Assembly (NCBI GenBank): GCA_024704765.1
Contig: JAKMXF010000303.1
Location: forward strand, 412,570-476,569
Reading direction: 5' to 3'
DNA: 64,000 bases
Source: Oopsacas minuta
Lineage: Eukaryota; Animalia; Porifera
Shown here: positions 1 to 13,100 of the stretch, one piece after another
Layout: every line of letters starts with the position of its first letter
How positions within the stretch are numbered: the first letter of the stretch is position 1
The notes under the pieces: model-generated
Told to the model about the DNA's origin: nothing
The model's input: only the letters and a program-made list of their open reading frames with translations
The model's database searches: none
Made by a program: the position numbers and the translations under genes

Positions 1-739
1 ATACATCAATTAACATTACCAATACTGTGAGAATTACTATAAGGTAATGATCCAGGAACAGATCTACTGTTAATAATTTCAAAATAAATTTCAATGTTCC
101 GTAAGATAAAACATCTTCACATTCTCGGTTTTTAAGGAATATTCTCCATTTTTGATTGTGGTAAGACAAATTATGTCCTGAAAAGCGAAAGTTTGTATTC
201 GAGTCAGATTTATAGAACTGATTAAGCAGATTATTTATACCACGAGTACCAGAAGTTGTGAAGACATAGTTCATAAATGTAAACCCAACAGTATTGTAAA
301 GAGCTAGCTCCTTGTCTCCCTCAGGAGGGGTGAGATGATCTAAGAAATCAATAGATTCCTCCTGCTGTAATAGAGATTGTATAGCTTCTATGTCAAAACA
401 GGATTCCTCTCCTACCTCAACACACACGTGATTGTATATCATAAGGAATAGACCATCAACAAACAGATTATCTGATGCTATTTGTGGGTAGAATCGTCGT
501 AGCTCGCATAGAAAGATAGATTTGAAATACTCCTCAGGGCTGGTACCTTGTTTAAGATAATCTACAAATACTTGTGTGGTAACTGCCTTCTTTTTGTCAG
601 CTCCACTCGTAGGTAAGTCTAGAGTATTCTGAAGTTTGTATCTGAATAAAAAATCTTTTCTATCCAATTCCATCTTCTGTACTAGACTTAAGTCTCCATT
701 ATTTGAATCAAGCTCTATGGATAGTTCCTCCGCCATCAT
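1..739 (-). CDS. Uncharacterised protein, 5' part (at least 246 aa, runs off the window start); degenerate peptidase-MA/gluzincin-like region followed by a hydrophobic segment
   Basis: Hand translation from ATG at 739 is open to position 2 with no stop: MMAEELSIELD...FLCELRRF...LFVDGL...YNTVGFTFMNYVFTTSGTRGINNLLNQF...QKWRIFLK...HYLIVILTVLVMLIDV. It is absent from the ORF track, probably because there is no stop in the window. The reading frame is well supported; the family call is weak. Confidence 0.6.
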   Translation of the reverse strand, partial: MMAEELSIELDSNNGDLSLVQKMELDRKDFLFRYKLQNTLDLPTSGADKKKAVTTQVFVDYLKQGTSPEEYFKSIFLCELRRFYPQIASDNLFVDGLFLMIYNHVCVEVGEESCFDIEAIQSLLQQEESIDFLDHLTPPEGDKELALYNTVGFTFMNYVFTTSGTRGINNLLNQFYKSDSNTNFRFSGHNLSYHNQKWRIFLKNRECEDVLSYGTLKFILKLLTVDLFLDHYLIVILTVLVMLIDV

Positions 740-1194
740 TAACAATAATATTACATTAAATAAATATCAATATTTTAAAATATATTTAGAGCTAAACGAA
801 CTTTTGAATTGAGCATTCAATGCATTGAAAGGCTATTGAATGAGAACATATTTCCCGAAATAGAATATAAAGTCAATTTGAATAGTATATAGGGAAATTT
901 TAGTTTAATTCAGTGGTTCTCAACTTTTTATAGCCTCGTTCTCCCTATATGACCGCTTCAGTTGCTATCTTCCCTTCCAAACTTTAGCATAATTTTGGAT
1001 TCTTTGCAGCAATTTAGTAGGGTAAGACTTAGTAAGTAACAAGTGCAATCAGTGCGAAGCTTGTGCTCGCATATTTGATACGATCATACGAGCTCAGTAA
1101 TGTTTACTTCTTTATTAGATAGTAAAAATATATTCCTCCTCGATATATGCATGAATTCCTCACCTGTTAAGAACGACAGGTATAAAGTACTAAC

Positions 1195-4100
1195 CTTGTA
1201 TTATCAGTAGACCATTGATAAAGTGTAGACGGAGTATCTGATGTCTGTTGAGCTGTATCATAGCTGTTTGCTATGATTAGATATAACGAATTATCACTTT
1301 CAAATGTGAGTGCTTGTTCAGCTCCTCGTGTCACGATTTGTTGTACATTCTGTTCAGAGAAGAGGCCAGTAGCACTGTCCCATACATACAGTATACTGCT
1401 TGTATCTGTATCTCCTGACACATCTGAGAAAATACAAGCAAACAAGTAGAGTAGTCCGTCAGTAGAGAATGTATGTAAATGAGATACTCTAGCTTGAGAA
1501 ATAGACTGTATGGACGAGTAGGAGAGAGATGTGGAGTTGTATTGGAATAGTTCTATTGAATTGGTATAGGAAGAAACCACTAGATAGTCTTTGTTACTCC
1601 ATGGAAAACTGTGCCAAGATGTTGCCTATAAAAATGAATTCATAGGATCTTGTCATCTTGTAATTACAATAAATGACAAGCATAAATATTAGCACTTGTT
1701 AATGATATATAGAATATGGATTCATTCCTGGAAACGTGGATAACTCAATAACCGGTGACCCAATTTGGCGATATCGACCATGTTTCGAACACCAGCTTAA
1801 ACTAGACAAAGCTTCAAAGAGCTTCACAATATATTTTCTATAACTCCATTCATTCGACCTGGTTATGAGAATTCATGCGCTTTACAAGCTTAGTATAGGT
1901 TATATAGCTATCATACCGTCAAGACATTGAATGTCTGTGTATGCTCATATATTCCCCTCCAGCTGTACAGTCTTGAGGTATCTCCATCCACTGAAATAGC
2001 ATACTCATTACCAGCCTCATTCCCGAAGAAAGATAACCATTCAGAGCTGCTAGACAGACGTTGTGTTGTAGATAGAGTATATTGATCTCCTGGATAGTTA
2101 GAAGTTGCGGTATCAGGAAATAATTCCCAATCTACACTCACTGCAGCATTAAGACCATCTTTCCTATCAATAACTATCTGAATTAAATCTGAATCTTCTT
2201 CAACTAAGCCATAATTCAAGCTAATCTGACCATCTGGTTGCAGCAAGTATGCCTGAAATCTACCGTAAGGATTGTCACTCTCACTTACATGTACTTCTAC
2301 ACTTGTTCTATTTCCAAGAAGAGTTCCCTCCGGAGAGACAGGAGGTAGAATCTCTACAACAAACTGCTCCACTAACTCAGCTATTCCATCTGCTACTATA
2401 TCCAGTACAAGATTACCAGTAGTCTGTCCGTCCTGGAATAATACCTGTCCTACAGCTGGAGCTAGATCAGCTGGTAATATCGTGGGTAACACGCGGTACT
2501 GTAGCATTACTTCTCCAAGAGACGAGAAGGTCCTGAGTATTGGTATCTGCAAGATAGTACCCTCAAGTAGTAGGGATACCTCTGGGAATGTTGGGTCAAT
2601 CGAGAATACACCCCTCCCTAAATCAGATCCGAGGATAATTATAGTGAGAGTAGAATTCTCCCCCCGGATAACTCCAGAAGGAAGTTCCTCAGTCAATCCA
2701 ATGTTTATAACCTCTCTGCTCTCTGCTAATTCATCTTCTAGAATCTCAACCTCAATCTCTCTGCTACCCAGCTCACCATCACTCCATGACAAAGACACAG
2801 ATTGAAATAGATAGTCTATGTCTCTGGTAGCAAGAGGAAGACTGTTCGGCATGCCTGTGATCTCAACACGACAGCTGGCAGGCCCGAAGCTACCCCCAAC
2901 CCGTGCTACCGTAACATTGAGTACCCCGGCATTCTCTTGTACTTCTAAACTTCCGAATAAGAATTGTAGGATTCCTTGTGGTCCGTCGTTCTGAGGAATA
3001 TATATCTCAGCGAGATTTTTCTCCCCTAAAGTGGGTGGCTTCAGGGCTGCAGGATCGGTATTAGGAGGATCTGTCAGTTCTACGCTTACTAATTTCAAAA
3101 TAAACACTTCCGCGAATTCTGGTACATTATCATCAACAACAGTTAGAGGGAGTATGAGTGAGGTAACACCATCAGGGATAATTAGTGATTGAACTCCGGC
3201 TGTTATATCGGATTGAGAGGACAGAGATCTCTGTTCAGGTCCCACTACCGGATTCAGAGATGTCAGATTTCCTATTTCTGATTCATAATATAACCTGAGA
3301 TCACCAAGTACACCAAACATCCTTGATACGAGTATTGTAGAAGTAGTCCCTTCACCTAGTGTATATACTACCTGACTAGAAGTCAGCTCCACGACTCCAT
3401 GAGGCATATCAGATTCCGCTAGCGTAATGACAGCAGACAGGAGAGAGGTGTCAGGATCTAGGATAGCTCCTCCTGTCTGTGCTATATCAACAGAAGTAAC
3501 CCCTGTAATATTGAGAATATATACTTGTGGAGTCTCAGGTAGTGCGTCATCTCTAGGTAACAAGTAAATAAAGGTGTAAGCTAGACCATCTTCAAACAGG
3601 GCAGTCCCACTCGTATTCGTAAATTCCTCCTCAACTCTGTACCCTGTGAGTACCCATGTGACCAATGCTTGTCCAGCTGATCCAACTTTCCGTATAATCT
3701 GAATAGGATTAGATCTGTCTTCCTCTACTACTGAGTTCAGTGATTCTATAGCAAAGCTTATTATACCTCCTCCGTTATCATTAGCATCTATCTGAACAGT
3801 CACACTAGAACCTATTCCCTTTATTATCTCTGCTCCCCCTGTCGGTTCATCCAACTGGATTATTATAGTCTCATCTCCCTCAGCTGTTAGAATGGATAGT
3901 ATGAAATATGTATAGTGCATTCAAATTAAGAAATTCTTATACAGTACGTCCTCGCTAATCCGAACAGCACTGTTCTAATTGCAAAATGCATTGAAACAAT
4001 CCTATAGGATCTAGGAGTACAATTTTTCGAAAATTGTATAAATGATGATAAGGCTGACAAAATGTGTAATATAGTGTATTAAGTATTTCTCCGCAGTAGA

Positions 4101-7100
4101 ATTGGATATAATTTTGTTTTTTTTATTTTAGAACATTTCCAAAGGTTGTATAACCTGTTGGGATTAGCGAGGGCCTACTGTATAATTATTTACTAACCAA
4201 TATTATCTTCTTCAATAAAGAAAGATAACGGTTTCTGGTCTTCTCCAGGATTGAAGACGAATGTAGCTTCTGCTAGAGCAAAGTCTAGCACGGAGGTAGC
4301 ACTACCAACTAAACTGTAGTGAACGGATACAGTCCCAAATGTCCCATGATCTCTGTATATCGTCCCTATAATAAGATCTGTATAATTCTCCTTGATAACC
4401 AGTGAGTGTATGTCGCCAGCAAGAGATACTCTGAATAATCCATTAGGATAGTCAGAGCGAGCAATCTCAATGCTAGCTTCCACCACATCTCCAAAGCTAG
4501 GGATATTCATAGGATTTGTTACAGACATGTTCAGTAGAGATAGACCAGTGAGGGTAACTCTGAACAGCTCTCCTAGCTCAGGTACATTATCTGCGACAAT
4601 TTGTACCTATAGAACATAGTATAATATGATAGATGAAGTACAGTAGAACTCGGATAAGATGTACTAAATTTTATTTGCTAAGGAGGTACAGCTTATCCGT
4701 GTTAAACTGTAAAATAAAGATTTACATTAATTAAGTACTTGTACACCGTATAAAATCAACAACAAATAATATGGTAGATAGGGGAATATCTTCTCGGTTT
4801 CAAAATATATTAAGATAGGATTGGAATAAACTATAAAAACATACGTATACAGTGGCTAGTTTAACATGGCTAAACCCCTTTTTAAATGATTACATTTTGC
4901 AAATAGTTCAAATGCAAACAAAGAGCCACTGCAACAAAACAAATTGTAAGCTACATACTCTGGGACAACACTCTGTATTTAATAATATAAGCAAGTGCTC
5001 TTCTAAATAAATGGTCATTCTACAGACATGGACCTAAGGCTTGATATTTAAGAATACAGCTACAATCAAACTACGGCTACCGATACGACTGGCGAAAAGC
5101 GGCCGCTATGTGCAGGATGACCATTACACATAGGTAGCCGTTAAGCAGTGCGACTGTAGCAATGTATATTGTCTTATTCTCGACTTTAGTTTTATCTACT
5201 ACAGCCTCAGTACTGCTTTGAATGAATAATGACAACAGTGTATGCATGGTGGTATAGCATACTGTAGTATTAGTAGTCTTTAATAAGCTACCAAAATAGT
5301 AGCATGAAGTGGACTACTATCCAGAATACGGCACTGAGTACGGTTCTCTTACAACGTACATTATAAACGTATAAACATGAGAATAATTGTGAGACTTTTG
5401 TATACAATGCTCTTTCCTATGAAAAGTCAATATTATTAGTAAATTATTCATGAGTACTATACTATATTGCAAAAGAAAGTGTGTATGAAATGAAATATAC
5501 TTATAAGATGTATTTGCTAGGTTCCTAAAAATAGTTATAATAAATAGTAATTGTGTCATACAAACGAATAGAATTGTATGTAGAAAGATGGGAATACTTG
5601 AGAAGATCAAGGAAATAGAGCAGGAAATTGCTCGAACACAGAAAAATAAAGCTACAGAATATCATCTGGGATTACTGAAAGCTAAACTCGCAAAATACCG
5701 TGCTCAGCTGTTGGAACCACAAGGGGGTAAGGGTGCTGGAAAGGGGGAGGGATTCGATGTTATGAAATCAGGAGACGCAAGAGTAGCTCTCATCGGATTC
5801 CCTTCTGTAGGCAAGAGTACTCTACTGAGCATGATAACACAGACTAGCAGTGAGGCTGGTTCTTACGACTTCACAACACTAACATGTATTCCAGGTGTTA
5901 TCAGGTGAATAATACTACTGAGTATACTGTAATCGTACATTCCATGTACCCCACTGACTATATAATGATGTGGTAACATCTCAGTTTAGTAAATATTTTT
6001 ATCTATATTTGGCAAGGCAATTTTTAGGTTCTATTAACTAAATTTTTACAAAGAATATAATCCGCGATATTAATAAAATCGATTCTAAAGATATTTTAAC
6101 GATCCTTTCGAAATAGCTTTGTTAATTTAACAGTGGTTATCATCTCACATATGGCAAATGAACATGTTGAATAGAGTATAAGACATTTCACTAATATGCT
6201 ATGTATATTCCTGTTAATACTGTATGCGTATTTGAGTGCAATCAACTTGTTTGTAGATACAACGAAGCGAATATCCAGTTGCTAGATCTCCCTGGTATTA
6301 TTGAGGGGGCAGCACAGGGGAAGGGTCGTGGCAGACAAGTGATAGCAGTAGCTCGTACAGCTGATCTAGTCCTAATGATGTTAGATTCAGGCAAAGGAGA
6401 GATTCAGAAAGAACTGTTAACAGCTGAGTTAGAACAGGTAGGGATCAGGCTGAACAAGGGACCACCTAACATATATTTCAAGAGGAAGAAGGCAGGGGGA
6501 CTGGGATTCACTGCTACTTGTCCTCTTACACATCTAAGTGAGAAGTTGGTACAGCTCATACTTCATGAGTATAAGATATTCAATGCTGAGGTATGTAATA
6601 GAAATACTACGCCAAAAGGGAACATAGGCCTGAAAATAGGGCTCTTCAAACACTGGTCTAGGAGACCATAAATTGCATAATTTCTATGGAAATTGATCCT
6701 AGGCTAAAAATTTTGGGCATATTAGGAGCCAATATTCCATACTGCAGTGAGTTTCGACAGATTTTTATAGATTAGTGTTTGATCAATTTTTTGTGCCTCA
6801 GAACAGATTTCCATTAACAATTGGTCCGCTGACCAAAATTCAGAGGACCTTTTCGTGAATTATTAAATTGAATAATCTACTAGTAGTAAGTAGTAACATA
6901 ATCATAAATACACAAGTAACATGAGTGTACTTATGTGTCAGGTATTAGTGAGAGATGATTGTACAGCAGATGACCTAATAGACGTAATACAGGGTAACAG
7001 AGTATACATGAAGTGTCTATACGTATTCAACAAGATAGACACCATCTGTCTAGAAGACGTAGACAGACTGGCTAGACAACAAGAGAGCGTGGTGATAAGT

Positions 7101-10100
7101 TGTGGACTACAACTCAACATGGATTATCTATTAGAGCTGCTATGGGATAAACTCTCACTCATGCGGATATACACTAAGAAACGTGGTCAGCCACCTGATT
7201 TCACTGACCCTCTGATCCTGAGGAGTGGAGCTACAGTAGAGCACGTGTGTCATGCTATTCATAGGACAATAGCAGATACCTTCAGATACGCATTGGTGTG
7301 GGGTATATCTACTAAGTATAGCCCGCAGAGGGTGGGGAAAGCACATGTAGTCAGTGATGAAGATGTTCTGCAAATTGTTAAGAAGTGAACAAGTTGGTTA
7401 TAAGCGAGATCTTATGTGAGCAAATATATTAATTAGTTTATATTATCAATCTTTTAAGTAAATAAATAGTATAGTGTATATGAATATCATAGGTAAAGGA
7501 ATTAGAAATGAATTACTTCGCAAACAAATGAATACAATTTGTAAATTAGAATAACATACATGCAGCGAAGATAAAACAGTAGACTCCGCTTAATAGTAAA
7601 GGTGTTGGCCCGATTAACCGACATACTTTATTCCACTCAATAGGGTCAAATAGCCTGGTCCCGATGTGACCCTTTTAAACGGAGTCTACTGTATCCAAAT
7701 TGCATAGATTTCCACTACACGATTATAATTATTAAAAATCTCAATTGTTGTTTGTTTGTTTGTTTGTTTGTCTGTTGACAAGGAAAGGATTTACGGTATG
7801 CAATTTTGAAATTGTCACATAACTATGTATTATCGTGTTTATCAAAGAAGTGAATAGAATTCAATAAAACTTCACTAAATATATCAAACATACGAATCCG
7901 ATTTTCACACTTTTGGATTAATCATATGTAAATTTATTGTTGTTTTTATGAAAATAAAACAAATTTCAAAATTGAGGTAGAATCACACTTTCAAAGGCTA
8001 TACAGGAGTAATCGAGTATGCCGAGTCCGAATATAGTATTGTAAACAATATATTGTGAATATTTGTTTACTTTTAGGTACATAAAATAAACAAATTTCAA
8101 TATTGTTGTAGAATCATACTTTCAACGATTGTACCGGCATACTTGAGTATGCTGAGTCTGAATATTGTAAACAACATCAATATCATTAAATCTCAATTGT
8201 TGTTTGTCTGTTTGTTGACCGTTGAAAACCTCGAGGCGCAATGTGCCGAGTTCATCGCGAAGCGACGAGCCAAAGACTCGTATTTATAAAAATTGGTTCT
8301 GATTATCTATTATTATGCGAATATAATTTTTATAGGAAGAATGGGAAAGCAGTGCAAGTAGAGCTAAACTATTTAATTAATTATAAATAAACATTTAATT
8401 GTTAAATAAAACATCATTCGAGATAATTTGATTTGTTTCAAATAAAAGGCATTCTAGCAACTCCTACCCTACAGCATGGAACAAAGCGAAAGTGAAGCTA
8501 AACTAACAGAAGCTAAGTCTATAATAGGAATAGTTATAGAAGCAGCTAGAGAGAGACTCAGAGAGGTTAGCAATAAGATATGGGAGAACCCAGAAATAGC
8601 AATGGAGGAAGTAAAGGCACATTTTCTTTTAACAAATTTCTTAGAAAAAGAAGGATTTGAAGTAGAGAGATCATTTGTATTGAAGACAGCATTCAGAGCT
8701 ACATTCTACACTCCAGCTAGTAAGACTGATGCTACAGCTGTCAACGCTTGTATAGTGTGTGAGTATGATGCATTACCCGAAATAGGACATGCTTGTGGAC
8801 ACAATCTCATAGCAGAAGCAGGACTAGCTGCTGCTATTGGTATCAAAGCAGTGATGGAGAAGTATCCAGATCTCAAACTCAAGTTAACTGTCATGGGTAT
8901 GTAGACGTTTATACTATAATGAGCAAATTATACTTTAGTAAAGTGGCCCAGTGCTAAATTGACTGCGTTCGTAACTAGCAATGCGGATAACCAATGTATA
9001 GCTTAACATACTTAATATTCGTGAGGTGGCGGGCAAATACTGATTAATTAATAAGCTATTCACTCTTTACAAAGGTACCCCAGCTGAAGAAGGTGGAGGC
9101 GGCAAGATCCACTTGATAAGAGGAGGAGCATTCAAAGGTGTTGACTTTGCTATGATGGTTCATCCGTTTCCATTCAATGCAATATACCCTAATGTGCTAA
9201 GTGTAGTCCGGATTAATATCGTGTACAAAGGTAAATCAGCTCATGCAGCAGCATTCCCATGGGAGGGAGTGAATGCTTTGGATGCAGCAGTGAGTGGATA
9301 CACATCTGTGTCTCATATGCGACAGCAATTGAAGCCTGCATGGCGAGTTCATGGTATTATTACCAATGGAGGAATAAAACCGAATATAATACCGGAAATA
9401 GCAGCAATGAACTATTATTTGCGAGCACCGAACAACCTGGAGGTGGAAGAGCTCAGGCATAAAATTTGTGGGTGTCTTCAGGTAAATATACTCTCGTTTA
9501 TGATACGTAATTCCGAGTACATCTGATTAGAGGACAAGTACTATGTGAAATATCAATTGCATACATGGACTAATAATTTTTAGTAAATACATAAGGAAAT
9601 AAGGATAGAAGTATGAACATAGACCGTTCCTGATCATAGAACTTCAACTTTACCAAAGAAATGACATAATATCACTGTAGTAACATTGTGGCCAAGTTTG
9701 ATCATATGACCATAAGTTGAGAAACCCTTCTATCTATTATATAACCGTTGAGAGCTAATCTTTCACTAAGATAAAAATAAATTTTACAAATAGTTACCAG
9801 TACTGGTTACGTGAAAATACTTAATTAGTACACAAGGATAAACGTAATGATTATCTAAACTAGGCAGGAGCTACAGCTACAGGATGCACAGTAGAGATTT
9901 TGGAAAATGATATTCCTTATTCTAATATGAAGTCTAATTCAATCCTGGGAGAGTTATACCGTAGTAATGTAATGCCGGGGATAAAGTACGGAGACATAGA
10001 GTCAGATAGGAATACACCTAGCTTCTCTACAGACATGGGGGATCTGTCTTATCAAGTTCCTAGCATACATCCTACCTATTCTATCAATACTAACTATCCT

Positions 10101-13100
10101 AATCACACCAGTGGATTCACTGATGATGCCAACACGTCTGAATCTCACGAGCTTACTCTGAAAGCAGGTGTGTGTATGGCTCGTACAGCTGTTGAGGTAG
10201 TGTTCAAGCCAGGAGTATTAGAGCAGATTAAACAAGAGTTCAGTAAACAGTAATTAGATAATACGTACAAATATTATTAATTGATTAGTCATTATACTTA
10301 TATACTCGTATAACTGTTAATAATGTCTAGTGGTAATAACCAGGCGGAAGTTCCTATTGGAAGGGTGAGTAAGGATAATCAGACAATTGAGCTATGTAAA
10401 TGTATTGTCATGAAACAGGATCGGGAACACACAATGCAAAACCAAGTATTTGATCGGGTATTCAAATTTAGACAAAATAAGAGCAATTAGAGCTCGGTAC
10501 ATTGTTCGAGGAGCGTGGAGCAAGGGCATAAAACAATTTCCTACAGAAATAAATAATTAGCAACTCCTACAGCATGGAACAAAGCGAAAGTGAAGCTAAA
10601 CTAACAGAAGCTAAGTCTATAATAGGAATAGTTATAGAAGCAGCTAGAGAGAGACTCAGAGAGGTTAGCAATAAGATATGGGAGAACCCAGAAATAGCAA
10701 TGGAGGAAGTAAAGGCACATTTTCTTTTAACAAATTTCTTAGAAAAAGAAGGATTTGAAGTAGAGAGATCATTTGTATTGAAGACAGCATTCAGAGCTAC
10801 ATTCTACACTCCAGCTAGTAAGACTGATGCTACAGCTGTCAACGCTTGTATAGTGTGTGAGTATGATGCATTACCCGAAATAGGACATGCTTGTGGACAC
10901 AATCTCATAGCAGAAGCAGGACTAGCTGCTGCTATTGGTATCAAAGCAGTGATGGAGAAGTATCCAGATCTCAAACTCAAGTTAACTGTCATGGGTATGT
11001 ATTCTCCATATTTAATTTGTGCACAGTACATTTCTTTCGCTAGTTGCTTGGTGATGTGAAGCAACTGAACAACAACCACTCAGCGGATTCGTTTTAAAAT
11101 GACCAGAATGTATCCCATCGTTCTGCGGGCAGAATTTGTGATATATATTAATTTATTCGATTTCACTTACAAGACAGGGTCCAGGGAGAATTAGGTTCCC
11201 AGTGTTGAAACTAGAGGATAACTAGTGGACTGATCTTCAGAGAGAGAGAGAGGATCGATCCACCAGTTATCCTCTAATGATATTCACTTCTTACTAAATA
11301 TAGGTACTCCAGCTGAAGAAGAAGGATCAGGCAAGATCCACTTGATAAGAGGAGGAGCATTCAAGGGTGTTGACTTTGCTATGATGGTCCATCCGTTTCC
11401 ATTCAATGCAATATACCCTAATGTATTGAGTATAGTACAAATAGATATCGTGTACAAAGGTAAATCAGCTCATGCAGCAGCATTCCCATGGGAGGGAGTG
11501 AATGCTTTGGATGCAGCAGTGAGTGGATACACATCTGTGTCTCATATGCGACAGCAATTGAAGCCTGCATGGCGAGTTCATGGTATTATTACCAACGGAG
11601 GAATAAAACCTAATATAATACCGGAAAAGGCAGAACTCACCTATGATCTACGAGCACCAAACAATTTAGAAATGGAAGAGCTCAGGAATAAAATTCATGG
11701 ATGTCTTCAGGTAAATGTAAAAGATCTCTCGTTATATGCCAGGAATAATATACGTACATCTTCGGATTCAAACAACTTTAATTTGGATGATAATTTTCTG
11801 AGAAACAGACAGACAACAAATGAGATTTAATAATAAAAATTAGATACGGATTAAGTACTCTACGCTTATGATACCGAATATGCGAGGCAAATTAATATTT
11901 TCGAAAAAAATTCATTTATTCGATCTTTTAAACTGTTGTTCCTAACCTTTTTGCTCCGTTAACCCTCTATTGATTCTTCCTTTTGTAATCTCCAATTAAA
12001 AGCCCGAAATTGGGAAACACGACCTTAGAGTATAAACGTAATGATTATCTAAACTAGGCAGGAGCTACAGCTACAGGATGTACTGTAGAGATTTTGGAAA
12101 AAGAGATTCCTTGCTCAAATATGAAGTCTAATTCAATCCTGGGAGAGTTATACCGTAGTAATGTAATGCCGGGGATAAAGTACGGAGACATAGAGTCAGA
12201 TAGGAATACACCTAGCTTCTCTACAGACATGGGGGATCTGTCTTATCAAGTTCCTAGCATACATCCTACCTATTCTATCAATACTAACTATCCTAATCAC
12301 ACCAGTGGATTCACTGATGATGCCAACACGTCTGAATCTCACGAGCTTACTCTGAAAGCAGGTGTGTGTATGGCTCGTACAGCTGTTGAGGTAGTGTTCA
12401 AGCCAGGAGTATTAGAGCAGATTAAACAAGAGTTCAGTAAACAGTAATTAGATAAACTTGACTATATTAGATTAGTTATTATACTTATACGTTATATGTG
12501 CTTAATAATATTATACCTCTATATATCCAGTATCTTCACCATCCTGAATAATAATATCAGCCCCTGTAGTACCAACATAATCTCCCCCATCAGAAGCAAT
12601 AGATAACATTAGTGGATCTGTCAGCTCTCTGATCTTCTCGTAATAACTACGTGAACTAGGTAAGGTTGTGGTTTGTGAGCTAATTACGTTGTAGAGGATA
12701 CAGCTGGTAGTTGAGTGAGACAGAGCTGCACAACTGTATGACGCTATACAGAGACGAGCACACTCTCTGAATGGCATAGAACTTCCACTGATGTCACTCT
12801 CCTGCAAAACATCCTGTGACCCTGTCAGCACTAGGGACTGAGGGCCTGTGAAGTAGTAGCTCTCTGTAATACTGAGATCTGCAAATGCTAGGTCGATAAT
12901 GTTCAGTTGTGTAGTGTTGTAAGTAATCTATAAGATTAATACAAATTAGGTGGTGTTTTATTATTAGCAATAATTTGTGCAAACGAATGCTTTTATTCCA
13001 ATTAATGTTATTCATCAAACCTAAGTTACAATATTTAACGAATAAAGTAAATATACATACCTGTAGGTCTCCAAGATTCCCAAATTCTCGCTTAAGTGCA

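Noticed and set aside
5317-5610. Hydrophobic 97-aa ORF head to head with DRG2
   Set aside because: It is an AT-rich promoter-region ORF overlapping the DRG2 start, with no family signal.
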